Virus record (IMG/VR): IMGVR_UViG_3300033153_003470 | Span: 1 to 52,663 of that record | Source of the DNA: a virus | Lineage: Duplodnaviria; Caudoviricetes | DNA length: 52,663 bases | Strand: one strand, 5' to 3' | Part shown: positions 10,438-19,848 of the stretch, piece by piece | Position numbering within the stretch: the first letter of the stretch is position 1 | Layout of the letters: every line of letters begins with the position of its first letter | Notes under the pieces: generated by a model | Told to the model about the DNA's origin: nothing | What the model saw: the letters and a program-made list of their open reading frames with translations, nothing else | Databases searched by the model: none | Made by a program: the position numbers and the translations under genes

Positions 10438-11199
10438 ATGTCTGGTATCCCGATAATTGGTAAAGTTTTTGATGCGATTGTAGATGTCCTTGATGACATA
10501 CCAATCCTTAAAGTAATCGTTGTTGCGGCAATAATTTATTTTACCGCAGGCGCTGTAATGTCGTATTTCTCAAGTGCTGGTGCAACAACCGCTGCGGCAG
10601 GAGGATCGGCAGCTGCCACCACCGCCGCAAATGCTAGTGCCGCTACTGCAGCGGGCGCTGGCACAGCAGGAGCAGGAACAGCAGCAGCAGGAACAACGGC
10701 AGCAGCAGGAGCAGGAACTGCGGCAGCGGGAACAAGCACAGCAGCTGTTGCAGGAACGCAGGCGGCTGCGTACAACGTGGCGCTTCCGGCAGCAACTCAG
10801 TCCATAGCCTCCTTGGAGGCAGCAGCATTAGCCGCAGAAGCGGGAACAGTAGCGGCTACAAGTTGGTTCGCAGCAAACCCAGTGGCCACAATGATGTTGG
10901 GGCAAGGTGTTATTGGCGCAGTATCAAGCGCAGAAGCTGATGAACGAGCAAAAGAAGCTGAAGCCGAAGCAGCCCAAGTTCGCAAAGAAGAAAGAGAGAA
11001 TCGCGGGTTATTTGGTTTTGATTTTGAAGGCAAGTCAGCGGGCGTTGTTGATTCAGCAATGGGCGCAGGCACCTCCGATCAGCTTGCCCAAGAAACCCCA
11101 GCGCCCGTTGTGGATACGCAGCAGGTTGCTCCAACAGGTATGTATGCACAGCAAATACCAGTGCAAAAGAAAGACCTACCTAAACTTAATATAGGGTAA
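10438..11199 (+). CDS. Putative ejection protein with a hydrophobic N-terminal helix and Ala/Gly/Thr repeats
   Basis: Hydrophobic VIVVAAIIYFTAG segment followed by (GTAAA)n repeats. Confidence 0.6.
   Translation: MSGIPIIGKVFDAIVDVLDDIPILKVIVVAAIIYFTAGAVMSYFSSAGATTAAAGGSAAATTAANASAATAAGAGTAGAGTAAAGTTAAAGAGTAAAGTSTAAVAGTQAAAYNVALPAATQSIASLEAAALAAEAGTVAATSWFAANPVATMMLGQGVIGAVSSAEADERAKEAEAEAAQVRKEERENRGLFGFDFEGKSAGVVDSAMGAGTSDQLAQETPAPVVDTQQVAPTGMYAQQIPVQKKDLPKLNIG
10640..10760 (+). repeat. Imperfect coding tandem repeat (gcagcaggaaca-like, encoding AAAGT units)
   Basis: Repeated gca/gga/aca codons in the 253-aa gene. Confidence 0.7.
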
Positions 11200-11204
11200 T
11201 TGTT

Positions 11205-11840
11205 ATGGACGGTATGACAGAAGACACAACAGGAAATCCACGCGGTTTTGGCGAAAGCGAAGGCGTAGAGATGGATGATGAGCTGAAAGCAACGCCAGAA
11301 GAACAGCAGGACTATGAGATTCTTATTATACGATCTCGTAAAATGATGTTCGGCAAAGGCAAGGAAGAAATTCTTAAATTGCTTGGCTCCAGTGAGTCGC
11401 CGTCCAAAGGCATTGGTAAAGCTGGCTCGATGCTGATCAAAGCGCTTATGCAGTCAGGTGAGCAGCAAGGCAGAAAGATGAGCCCAGACGCAGCAATTAA
11501 TGCTGGGGCCGTTGTTGCTAATGACTTAAATGAGCTCGCAAAAGCAAACAATATATTCCAGTATGATTCTCCGGAAGAAGAAGAGAAGCAGCTTAAGGAA
11601 GGCGTGTTGTGGGGTGTTAAGCTGTACGGCGATGGAATGCTGGAGCAAAACGAGATCTCACCAGAGATGCAGAGTTTAGCCAAAAAACAAATGGTTAAAG
11701 CAATCGAAGATGAGACTGGCGATAAAATGCCAAACACTCAAATGAAACCGGTTAATGCAGCAGTGAACCAAGCAGTAAATCAGCCGCAACCGATGCAAGG
11801 TTTGGTTGGTGGTGCAATGCAGCAAGAGGAGCAAATGTAA
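11205..11840 (+). CDS. Hypothetical virion-module protein (acidic, helical)
   Basis: 211-aa ORF translationally coupled (TAATG) to the next gene. Confidence 0.65.
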   Translation: MDGMTEDTTGNPRGFGESEGVEMDDELKATPEEQQDYEILIIRSRKMMFGKGKEEILKLLGSSESPSKGIGKAGSMLIKALMQSGEQQGRKMSPDAAINAGAVVANDLNELAKANNIFQYDSPEEEEKQLKEGVLWGVKLYGDGMLEQNEISPEMQSLAKKQMVKAIEDETGDKMPNTQMKPVNAAVNQAVNQPQPMQGLVGGAMQQEEQM

Positions 11841-12586
11841 TGGGCTTAATAAGTGGTTTCATTGGTGGTGCCGGCAAAGGCATGGCTGATGCTGGAAAAA
11901 TGATGTTCGGCAAACAGCTTCAAGATGAGCGCGACGAAGCAAATTACCTGCGCGATAGAGAGCTGAATAAAACAAAGCAAACCTTCACGGCTGGAGAAAA
12001 ACAAAAGGATCGTGAAGCCACAACGGCTGAGAAGCAAAAAGATCGCACATCTACAGAGTCCGAGAAACAAAAGGACCGCGATGCTTCAATGGAGAGAACC
12101 AAGTACAAAGCTGATAATAAAAAAGCAGCTAAGCCACAGCTAATCAAATACACTGACAGCAAAGGTATGGAGCAAGAAGGAATATTGCACACTAATGCTG
12201 ACGGCACATACACGATCGTAAAGCCTGGCACCCAAGAAATTATTGAAGAAAAAATATCAAAAGAAGAGCTAAAGAACAAAGCTGCTCAAATGAATGTAGC
12301 TGAAGGCAAAGGCGAAGACTGGATCCCGTTCAACAAGTACAAACCAAAACATGACGCAGTAAGAGCTGGCGTCATTAAGGACCGCGAAGCTAAAAAGAGT
12401 GGTGGTATCATTGGTGGTGAAATGAATAAAACTCAGAACCAAGAAGTAAATAAAACCCAAAACCAAGAAATGAAGATGGTCGGTAAAAAGCAAATGACCA
12501 AAGCCGATTTTATTGCCGCTATGGTAGAGAAGTATGGCGACGGCAAAATGAAAGAAATAGAAGACACTTGGGCAAATATTAAATAG
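11840..12586 (+). CDS. Putative ejection protein, Lys/Glu-rich
   Basis: MGLISGFIGGAGKG N-terminus; internal 11-aa and 8-aa repeats. Confidence 0.6.
   Translation: MGLISGFIGGAGKGMADAGKMMFGKQLQDERDEANYLRDRELNKTKQTFTAGEKQKDREATTAEKQKDRTSTESEKQKDRDASMERTKYKADNKKAAKPQLIKYTDSKGMEQEGILHTNADGTYTIVKPGTQEIIEEKISKEELKNKAAQMNVAEGKGEDWIPFNKYKPKHDAVRAGVIKDREAKKSGGIIGGEMNKTQNQEVNKTQNQEMKMVGKKQMTKADFIAAMVEKYGDGKMKEIEDTWANIK
11990..12085 (+). repeat. Three copies of a 33-bp coding tandem repeat (EKQKDR)
   Basis: gagaaacaaaaggaccg-like unit occurs three times. A separate 24-bp duplication (NKTQNQE twice) lies at about 12424-12470. Confidence 0.75.
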
Positions 12587-12597
12587 GAAATGAAAGC

Positions 12598-15500
12598 ATG
12601 TCACTCGATTATTCGTTTCTTTCCGAAGAAGAAACCCAAGAAGAAGGGCTTGATTATTCGTTCTTAGGTCAAGAAGAAGAGCCTATAGAAGAACCTGCAG
12701 AAGAGGCGACAGTTCTCGCTGAGCCTGAGTTAATGCCAGAGCAGTCGGAACCGAAGCAAATACCAACCGCTTCTGGAGATTTCACGTCTGAAGAACACGG
12801 CGAACCCTTAAATCAGGATTCCGGTTTAGTTGGGCGCGCAGCAAAGAACCGCCAGCTTGCAGATCAGGAAAGCCCAGCATTACAGAATATGCTCGCTGAA
12901 GGCGTTGTAGGCATGTTCGGCCCAGCAATGAATAAGATTGCCGGTGTCGATAGCGACGATCCTGATTCAGCACAAAACCTAGCCGCAGAAGTATTCAATC
13001 CGGAAAACCTACGCCGACCACATTTACGTCCAACCGGCGAAACTGACGATAAAGACTGGCTTGATGCGATGGGTGAAACCGGATATCAACCGGAGCGCTT
13101 AATCCCTTTTCTTGGCCAAGGCTCAGAAATGGTCGATATCAAAGGACTATATGATGCAGCAAAGCGAATTGAAAGCGACGAAGGAAATGACCGAGATCAA
13201 GAATTAATCGAAGGCTGGATGGCCAGAGCGAAAGAAGATGCTGAGCGTGGGACTACTTTTGGTTACAAAGTTGTTGACCTATTAAGTCATTTACCTGGCT
13301 TCGTAGGCGAGTTTGCATTAACTGGCGGGACCTATACAGCCGGTAAAAATGTCGCATCAAAAGGCATTCTCAAACTATTAAAGCAAAGCATTAAATCGTC
13401 AACCAAAAAAGGCTTGTTGCGCCAAGGTGCCGAAGCTTCATTGGGTGCAGCTTTCCAAACATTACCGGCAATGGGAATGCGGATTGCTGGCAATACAATG
13501 AGCCGGATGCTGGATCAATATAACTTCAGTGCGGATGACGAAGGCAAACTGCAAGCCATAATGGAAGAAGGCGGCGATTCCTTTGGAATGGCAATGACCA
13601 AGGCGCTTGGCGATTCTTATATCGAAATGCTATCAGAGCGAAGCGGTGGTTCTATTCCTTTAATCTGGAAGAAGCTGCCAGGAACCAAAAAAATAATTGC
13701 ACTAAAAGCAGCTGTTATTGGCAAGTGGCTTAAAAGAAACCCAAACAAAAAACTGGATGCTCTATTAGCTACTATCCGCGAGAAAGGTGGATGGCATGGT
13801 GTGTTCGGTGAAATATCAGAGGAATTTATTGGTGATGCAGCGCGCTATGCCACTGGCGTCGAGGATACGTCTGCGTTTTACGAGCAGTACAAAAAAGGCG
13901 AGTTAGGCGAAAATGTTCTATCAATGGCTGTTGCCTTCTCTGTTCCTGGCGGCAGTGCAGCGCTTGCTCGATATAGCTTCCGAGAAAAAGAAACCACGGT
14001 AGATCAATCAGATCAGCCACCAGAACTATTCAATCCAACACATAAAGCGAACGGTGGCCAAGATGCTCAGATTGTCACAAAGAACGGAAAAGTTGTTCCG
14101 GACACCTATATGGATGCTCAAGGCAACGTATTTCGGGATAGTAATGCTGTTCCTAATAACCCTGATTCTGGCGATGTTTCTATGGACGTTAGCGCAAGAG
14201 CTGCTGAAATAAAGAACGAAATATTTGGTAAAACTGAAACAGAAACACCTCAACAAATTATTGAGCGTCTTGGCAATCAAAGCCGCGATGGTCAGTTAGC
14301 GTGGGCAGAACAAAACCCATTAGATCCACAGGCACCAAATCAGGACTCATTCTTAAGTGATGCTGAAAAGCAGGAAATGCACACAGCAAAACAAGCCTTA
14401 CCGTCTGCTGGGCAAGAGCAAGCCGATGCTAAGCAGCGGCTAAGTAAGAAGCTTGAAGCAAGATCAAAGCAAGAAACCGATGTTCCACATGGAACCTTAG
14501 TTAAGCCAACAGGTAAGGAAACCAAGGTAACTACCTCAACCGGAACGGATATTAATACTCAATTTGCTGTAGTAGAAGCTGATAGCTTGATTGCGTCGAA
14601 TGATGAGGCCGGCAATAAAAACCCAAATTACCCTACAGAATTACAGCCGCGTGACAGATCTCGCGGAGCATCACAGCTGCAGATTAAAAAAATTGCCAAT
14701 AATCTTAATCCGGTATTGCTGGAGGATTCTGTTAAGGCGTCCGATGGCGCACCAATTATTGGATCTGATGGGGTTGTAGAGTCTGGAAATGCCCGCACGT
14801 TAGGCATACGTGGCGCCTATGCAGCAAACAAGGCCGAAGCTTACAGACAACATCTAATTGATAACGCGGAGGCTTACGGGCTTTCTAAGGCGGAGATAAG
14901 CAATTTAAAGACACCGGTATTGGTTCGCGTTCGCCAAGGTGATATGGATCACGCTGGCCGTGCTGAATTTGCACGCCAGTCGAACCAGCCAGATATTGCA
15001 CCAATGTCAGCTGCAGAGCAGGCAGTATCAGACTCGGACCGGATCACGGACGAGGATATGCAGCTGTATATTCCTTCTGAGCAAGGCAATATCCTGGCAG
15101 CAACTAATCAGCCGTTCTTACAGCAGTTTGCTAAAAAGCTGGGTGATCTGGAAGTAGGCGGGTTATCCACAGCTGACGGTCGCTGGACAAAACAAATGGG
15201 CGATCGCGTCCAAGCTGCAGTATTCAATAAAGCGTATGGCAGTGAACGATTATTAAATCTTGTTGCCGAAGAAGCAGATCCAGATATTAAGAATGTCCTG
15301 AATGCGTTAAACCGTGCGGCACCAGCTTTTGCGCGTGCGCGTGCAGTTACAAAGGATATGGGTGATCTCGATATTATCAGCGACATTGTTGATGCCATCG
15401 ATGTTCTACGGAAAGCGAAAGCAGATAAAACCAGTGTTGAGCAAGCAGTCAGCCAGACCGGTTTATTTGGCAATATCGATCCAGTGGTAAGTCAGATCGC

Positions 15501-18500
15501 AAGATTCATTGAAGCAAACACACGAAGCCCTAAGCGATTAGGTATTGGCCTTGCAGAAATGGCGAAATTTCTGGAAGTTGAGCTGGCAAGTTCCGAGCAA
15601 GACGCACTATTCAGCAAGGAGCCAGTAGGTAAAGCGGATATTATCAAGGCCGCAGACACACAAATTAAAAAGGTATATGGCGATGAAAAGACAACAAAAG
15701 ATCTCTTCACGGAAACAAGAGCTGGTGAACAAGATGCTGGAGCAGGCCGTGATAGCGGGGAACAAGCTGAAGGTGCTGGAACCGGTACTGAAACTGCCGA
15801 AAGCTTAGCCGGAAAAGAAAAGTCTAAAAAGAAAACAGCTAAGAAGCGACTGCAGAAAAAGAAGAAAAAGGATTTACGTGCGGTGCCTTTCGACACTACT
15901 GGCATGAAACCAATGCCAGAGGAGTATCTTGGCCGCATGTATCGTCCTGGCGACTCGGCAGCAATTGAAAGCCTGACTGATAACGAGGCAATTAAACAAG
16001 CTTACGAATACAAAGGCAGTCGTGACTTTTTCCAAGAATTACTGGATGAGCAAAAGCCACTATGGATGGAAGCCCATGATGGCCGCGAACCAACAGCGGC
16101 TGAGTGGAAAACAGAAATGGGTATACTCGCCAAAATGACGCTTCAAGGCGATATGGATGAGATGGGCTTTATTGATGGCGAATATACGGAAATTGAAGAG
16201 CAAGACTGGAATGTTGGCGTCGGCATGTTCGAGGACCAAGGAAAGACTGACAGCTTTATCAGTAAGTTAGGCGACAACTATATCCCTAAGAAAGAAGCCA
16301 ATACCGCACTGAAAGAGTGGAAAGCCGAAGTTGAGCGCATTGGTCTGGAAGAAGATCACAGCAAAGAAATCGTTATCAGCTTGTTTGATGCGTCCGGTGA
16401 AATTACTAAACCCTGGCGTGAAGCAGGTTATGTGGTAGAGCAGTACGATATTCAGCTGGGCGACGATTTGATGTTTAAGCAATCGCCGCTGAATGCTGAA
16501 ATGATGGGCTACGATAAAAGCTATAAAGTGGTGGGTATTATTGCTCAGCCGCCTTGCACTTGTTTTAGCTCTTCTGGTGCGCGCTGGTGGCAGACACGCC
16601 ACGATAAGCATGATCGAGATATGGTTGATAAGATGTTCGGACCAGAGGCGAGCGTGTGGTTTAGCAAGCCTAAAGAGTACACGAAGGCACTTGTATCAAT
16701 GGTCGATGTTTGGATTGATCTGAATAAGTCAGATAATCCCGATCTGTTCTACGCGCTGGAAAATCCAGTAGGCCGTATTGCAAAAGAAACTGGATTACCT
16801 GCTCCAACAATGCGTTTTCACCCGCACAACTTCGGTGATCCGTACACAAAAAATACTGCGATATGGGGTAAGTTTAATAAAGATCTCCCTACCGCTAATG
16901 TTGAGCCTACGCTTGGTTCGCTCATGCACAAAATGTGGAGCACTGCAGAAACCAAAGACGGTGCCCGCTCATTAACTCCAGAAGGATTCGCTTATTCGTT
17001 CTTTATGGCGAACAACACGTCTGATGGTGCGCAGGCCGAAGCAAAGCCAGTGACGCTAAAAGAAGGCGATCAGTTCAATACAACGACTGGCAGAATTACA
17101 GCGCCTTTCCCGCGTTCAAACTACAAAGTTGAAAGCAAAAACCAGAAAGCTATCAATCAATGGCTCAAAAACGAGTATACCGCTGAAGCTGAGAGCCGTG
17201 GCGACGATTACAATGTCACTTTGGCTAAGAGCCTCGATGTAAATAATTGGTCGCAGGCAGACGGTGATGGCGTAAACCTGTACTTATTTGATGATGCTGA
17301 GGGACGTATAGGCAGTCGAAAAGTAGAAACTAAGCCAGCATTACCGGAAGCCACAGTTAAGCAGGTAGCGGCACTGAATAAGTTAGCCGATGCTATGCAG
17401 AAGGATATCGACAGCAAGCTTGATCCTGGTGTTGCTCATCAAAATCTAACCGCGCGACGCGCAGCACAGATCGACAGTATGAGAGGCGATGCAGAAAGAT
17501 TGCAGCATGCTCAAGCAATTATGCGCGGTATCGCAGAAGGACTGGAGAATGGGACCGTAGATTCAGCGCTGGCCAATGTGAAAAACAAGAAGACTGCGCT
17601 TGAACTGGTTCGATTATCTAAAGATAACGAATGGCTTAAAGACTTTGATCGCAACTCCGATGAAACAAAAGCATTATTGCAGCGAGCAAAAATCACTAAG
17701 AAGAATTACGCCAAGGCGCGCAAGGCTGCAAAAAACCTGATTAAGCCACCATCAAAAGAGCAGATACAAAAAGCCGATCTCCAAAAATTAGAGCGTGAGC
17801 TTATCGGTACAAAAATACCTGGCTTCTTTTCTACGCCACCAGCGGTAGCGCAAAAGGTTGTGGATAACGCAGATATCCAAGCAGGCATGACCGTGCTGGA
17901 ACCATCAGCCGGTACAGGCGGAATTGCTGACTTCATTCGAGATCAACAGCCAAAAGCAAAACTTACGGTTAATGAGCTCAATTACAAACTCAATCAAGTT
18001 CTTGAGGCAAAAGGATACAAACCAACACAGGGCGACTTTCTGAAGTTAAAAGGGAAGTACGATCGTATTGTGATGAACCCGCCTTTTGAAAAAGGTCAAG
18101 ATATTGAGCATGTGATGCACGCCTATTCATTATTGAATGATGGTGGTCGCATTGTTTCGATTATGAGCGAGAGCCCATTCCACCGGTCCGAGAAAAAATA
18201 CCAAGCATTCAGAGAGTGGATTGATGAGCTGGGTGCTGAAGTTGAAGAACTGCAGTCCGGAGATCTATCAGATCCAGCCGCGCCACAGCGAAGCAACGTA
18301 AAAGGCCGCATTCTCACATTGGTAAAAGAGGCTGGGAATGTTTTACCGGTTCCTGATTTAGCGTCAAGAGCAGAACACAGCGGGCAAGCAAAGGCCGGTG
18401 GTGAGTGGGGTGTAAATGGTGAATGGTACAGAGGTGGGCAATTTATGCCTGCAAGTGCGCGAACCGTAAAAGGCGAGTACAAAGCTTCATACACAGCTGG

Positions 18501-18915
18501 GACCGGAAGACAGCTCATAGCGCCAGGGGAGTTTGCTGTACCGCCAGCTGGTGGACTATCTATATTTAGCGGTATCAGATCGCTGGTCAAATATGGCGAT
18601 GATGGTGTTTTATCTCCAATAAACAATAAGCTGGCAATCAAGTCTTATGGTGGCATGAAGCAGCTGAAGAGAAAGATTGATTTATACAATAAAGGCATTC
18701 GCTTTGTTGATGAAAGCAATAATCCGATATCTCCAGCTGGTGCAGTAGCGGAGGGCCAGAGCCAATATAAGGCAATGGAAGGCAAAGAGGTCAGCTACGA
18801 AGTTGAGGTTGAAGATACTGGGGAAACCTATACAGTAACGGTTGATGCTGGCGTGGTAATGAAAGATCTCGACGCCAGAACTGAAGCGCTACGAAAACTC
18901 AAAGAGTGCATTTAG
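12598..18915 (+). CDS. Large polyvalent (probably virion-ejected) protein 1: DdrB-like ParB domain, C5-cytosine-MTase-like domain and N6-adenine-type MTase domain
   Basis: ~14550-15600: VVEA..L..S...YP.ELQPRDR...GAPII...VESGNAR. ~16360-17015: SLFD.SG...PPCTCF..SGARWW...ENPVG...GDPYTK...RS.TP.GFA. ~17810-18330: FF.TP...VLEPSAGTG...YDRIVMNPPF. Confidence 0.85.
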   Translation: MSLDYSFLSEEETQEEGLDYSFLGQEEEPIEEPAEEATVLAEPELMPEQSEPKQIPTASGDFTSEEHGEPLNQDSGLVGRAAKNRQLADQESPALQNMLAEGVVGMFGPAMNKIAGVDSDDPDSAQNLAAEVFNPENLRRPHLRPTGETDDKDWLDAMGETGYQPERLIPFLGQGSEMVDIKGLYDAAKRIESDEGNDRDQELIEGWMARAKEDAERGTTFGYKVVDLLSHLPGFVGEFALTGGTYTAGKNVASKGILKLLKQSIKSSTKKGLLRQGAEASLGAAFQTLPAMGMRIAGNTMSRMLDQYNFSADDEGKLQAIMEEGGDSFGMAMTKALGDSYIEMLSERSGGSIPLIWKKLPGTKKIIALKAAVIGKWLKRNPNKKLDALLATIREKGGWHGVFGEISEEFIGDAARYATGVEDTSAFYEQYKKGELGENVLSMAVAFSVPGGSAALARYSFREKETTVDQSDQPPELFNPTHKANGGQDAQIVTKNGKVVPDTYMDAQGNVFRDSNAVPNNPDSGDVSMDVSARAAEIKNEIFGKTETETPQQIIERLGNQSRDGQLAWAEQNPLDPQAPNQDSFLSDAEKQEMHTAKQALPSAGQEQADAKQRLSKKLEARSKQETDVPHGTLVKPTGKETKVTTSTGTDINTQFAVVEADSLIASNDEAGNKNPNYPTELQPRDRSRGASQLQIKKIANNLNPVLLEDSVKASDGAPIIGSDGVVESGNARTLGIRGAYAANKAEAYRQHLIDNAEAYGLSKAEISNLKTPVLVRVRQGDMDHAGRAEFARQSNQPDIAPMSAAEQAVSDSDRITDEDMQLYIPSEQGNILAATNQPFLQQFAKKLGDLEVGGLSTADGRWTKQMGDRVQAAVFNKAYGSERLLNLVAEEADPDIKNVLNALNRAAPAFARARAVTKDMGDLDIISDIVDAIDVLRKAKADKTSVEQAVSQTGLFGNIDPVVSQIARFIEANTRSPKRLGIGLAEMAKFLEVELASSEQDALFSKEPVGKADIIKAADTQIKKVYGDEKTTKDLFTETRAGEQDAGAGRDSGEQAEGAGTGTETAESLAGKEKSKKKTAKKRLQKKKKKDLRAVPFDTTGMKPMPEEYLGRMYRPGDSAAIESLTDNEAIKQAYEYKGSRDFFQELLDEQKPLWMEAHDGREPTAAEWKTEMGILAKMTLQGDMDEMGFIDGEYTEIEEQDWNVGVGMFEDQGKTDSFISKLGDNYIPKKEANTALKEWKAEVERIGLEEDHSKEIVISLFDASGEITKPWREAGYVVEQYDIQLGDDLMFKQSPLNAEMMGYDKSYKVVGIIAQPPCTCFSSSGARWWQTRHDKHDRDMVDKMFGPEASVWFSKPKEYTKALVSMVDVWIDLNKSDNPDLFYALENPVGRIAKETGLPAPTMRFHPHNFGDPYTKNTAIWGKFNKDLPTANVEPTLGSLMHKMWSTAETKDGARSLTPEGFAYSFFMANNTSDGAQAEAKPVTLKEGDQFNTTTGRITAPFPRSNYKVESKNQKAINQWLKNEYTAEAESRGDDYNVTLAKSLDVNNWSQADGDGVNLYLFDDAEGRIGSRKVETKPALPEATVKQVAALNKLADAMQKDIDSKLDPGVAHQNLTARRAAQIDSMRGDAERLQHAQAIMRGIAEGLENGTVDSALANVKNKKTALELVRLSKDNEWLKDFDRNSDETKALLQRAKITKKNYAKARKAAKNLIKPPSKEQIQKADLQKLERELIGTKIPGFFSTPPAVAQKVVDNADIQAGMTVLEPSAGTGGIADFIRDQQPKAKLTVNELNYKLNQVLEAKGYKPTQGDFLKLKGKYDRIVMNPPFEKGQDIEHVMHAYSLLNDGGRIVSIMSESPFHRSEKKYQAFREWIDELGAEVEELQSGDLSDPAAPQRSNVKGRILTLVKEAGNVLPVPDLASRAEHSGQAKAGGEWGVNGEWYRGGQFMPASARTVKGEYKASYTAGTGRQLIAPGEFAVPPAGGLSIFSGIRSLVKYGDDGVLSPINNKLAIKSYGGMKQLKRKIDLYNKGIRFVDESNNPISPAGAVAEGQSQYKAMEGKEVSYEVEVEDTGETYTVTVDAGVVMKDLDARTEALRKLKECI
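15683..15808 (+). CDS. Candidate nested small ORF in the +1 frame inside polyvalent protein 1 (MKRQQKISSRKQELVNKMLEQAVIAGNKLKVLEPVLKLPKA)
   Basis: aaggt SD-like element 8 nt before ATG 15683 (an in-frame ATG also at 15677); stop TAG at 15806-15808; the host frame here becomes a G/A/E-rich linker. Confidence 0.45.
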   Translation: MKRQQKISSRKQELVNKMLEQAVIAGNKLKVLEPVLKLPKA

Positions 18916-18918
18916 AAA

Positions 18919-19413
18919 ATGATTACTCAAAAAGAACTAAAATCCTTGTTAGGCTATAACTATGAAACCGGAGTTTTTACTTGGATGATATCGCCGTCAA
19001 GAGGTGTAAAAACCGGAGATATTGCTGGATGCCTACGTGAATCGGATGGGTATATCATAATTAGGATTAGCGGGAAGTCATACTATGCTCACAGATTAGC
19101 TTGGGTGTATATGACGGGTGAGTGGCCAGAATACCAAATCGATCACGATGATCATATTAGGCACAATAATAAATGGGACAATTTAAACGCAGCTACCAGC
19201 CAGGAAAATGGTAAAAATAAATCAAAAAACCGAAGGAATAAATCAGGGGTAACTGGCGTAAACTGGTTTAAGGGAAGTGAGAAATGGATAGCTCAAATAC
19301 AAACAGACAGCAAAAAAGAGTATCTCGGCCTATTTGAAGATAAATTTGAAGCTATTTGTAAACGCAAGTCAGCCGAGCTTGATCATGGCTTTCACCGGAA
19401 TCACGGGGCTTAA
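18919..19413 (+). CDS. HNH homing endonuclease with AP2 domain
   Basis: Y.AHRLAW.Y..G.WP...IDH.D....NN...NL and NKSGVTGV...W.AQI...LG.F. Confidence 0.9.
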   Translation: MITQKELKSLLGYNYETGVFTWMISPSRGVKTGDIAGCLRESDGYIIIRISGKSYYAHRLAWVYMTGEWPEYQIDHDDHIRHNNKWDNLNAATSQENGKNKSKNRRNKSGVTGVNWFKGSEKWIAQIQTDSKKEYLGLFEDKFEAICKRKSAELDHGFHRNHGA

Positions 19414-19414
19414 A

Positions 19415-19837
19415 ATGAAAAAGAAAATAACATCAAAAGAAAACCTGAAGGATATGGCCTTAAATTCTGGCGCCACCATTACGGACAGCAAAGGAAAGAC
19501 GTTTAATTCAACCAAAAAACAGGCAATTAAACGTCCTAAACCAGCAGAACCGGAAACCCCAAAGAAATTAGAAAAGGCGGAACCGGCACCAAAACCTGAG
19601 CCACCACTTAATCCGGAAACAGCAGACGAAGGATCAAAGATGGTAGCGGAAAGCCTGAACACGATGAGCAAGGCTAATGTAATGATGTTGGCAGAACTAA
19701 AAAGCCAGATTGCCGCTATCCAGTTCAATGCCGCTCAACCAGTAACAGACTGGGAGTTTGACTTTATCCGTGACGATAAAGGGTATCTTGTTAAGCTCAT
19801 AGCTAGTGCCCAAACAGACAAACGAACCATTAACTAA
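19415..19837 (+). CDS. Hypothetical protein (Lys/Pro-rich N-half, C-terminal WEFDFIRD..G motif)
   Basis: ATG at 19415, immediately after the HNH stop. Confidence 0.6.
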   Translation: MKKKITSKENLKDMALNSGATITDSKGKTFNSTKKQAIKRPKPAEPETPKKLEKAEPAPKPEPPLNPETADEGSKMVAESLNTMSKANVMMLAELKSQIAAIQFNAAQPVTDWEFDFIRDDKGYLVKLIASAQTDKRTIN

Positions 19838-19848
19838 GGTTAGAAATA

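Noticed and set aside
10574-10807. Gln-rich alternate-frame ORF
   Set aside because: It is an artefact of the gca-rich Ala repeat in the real gene.
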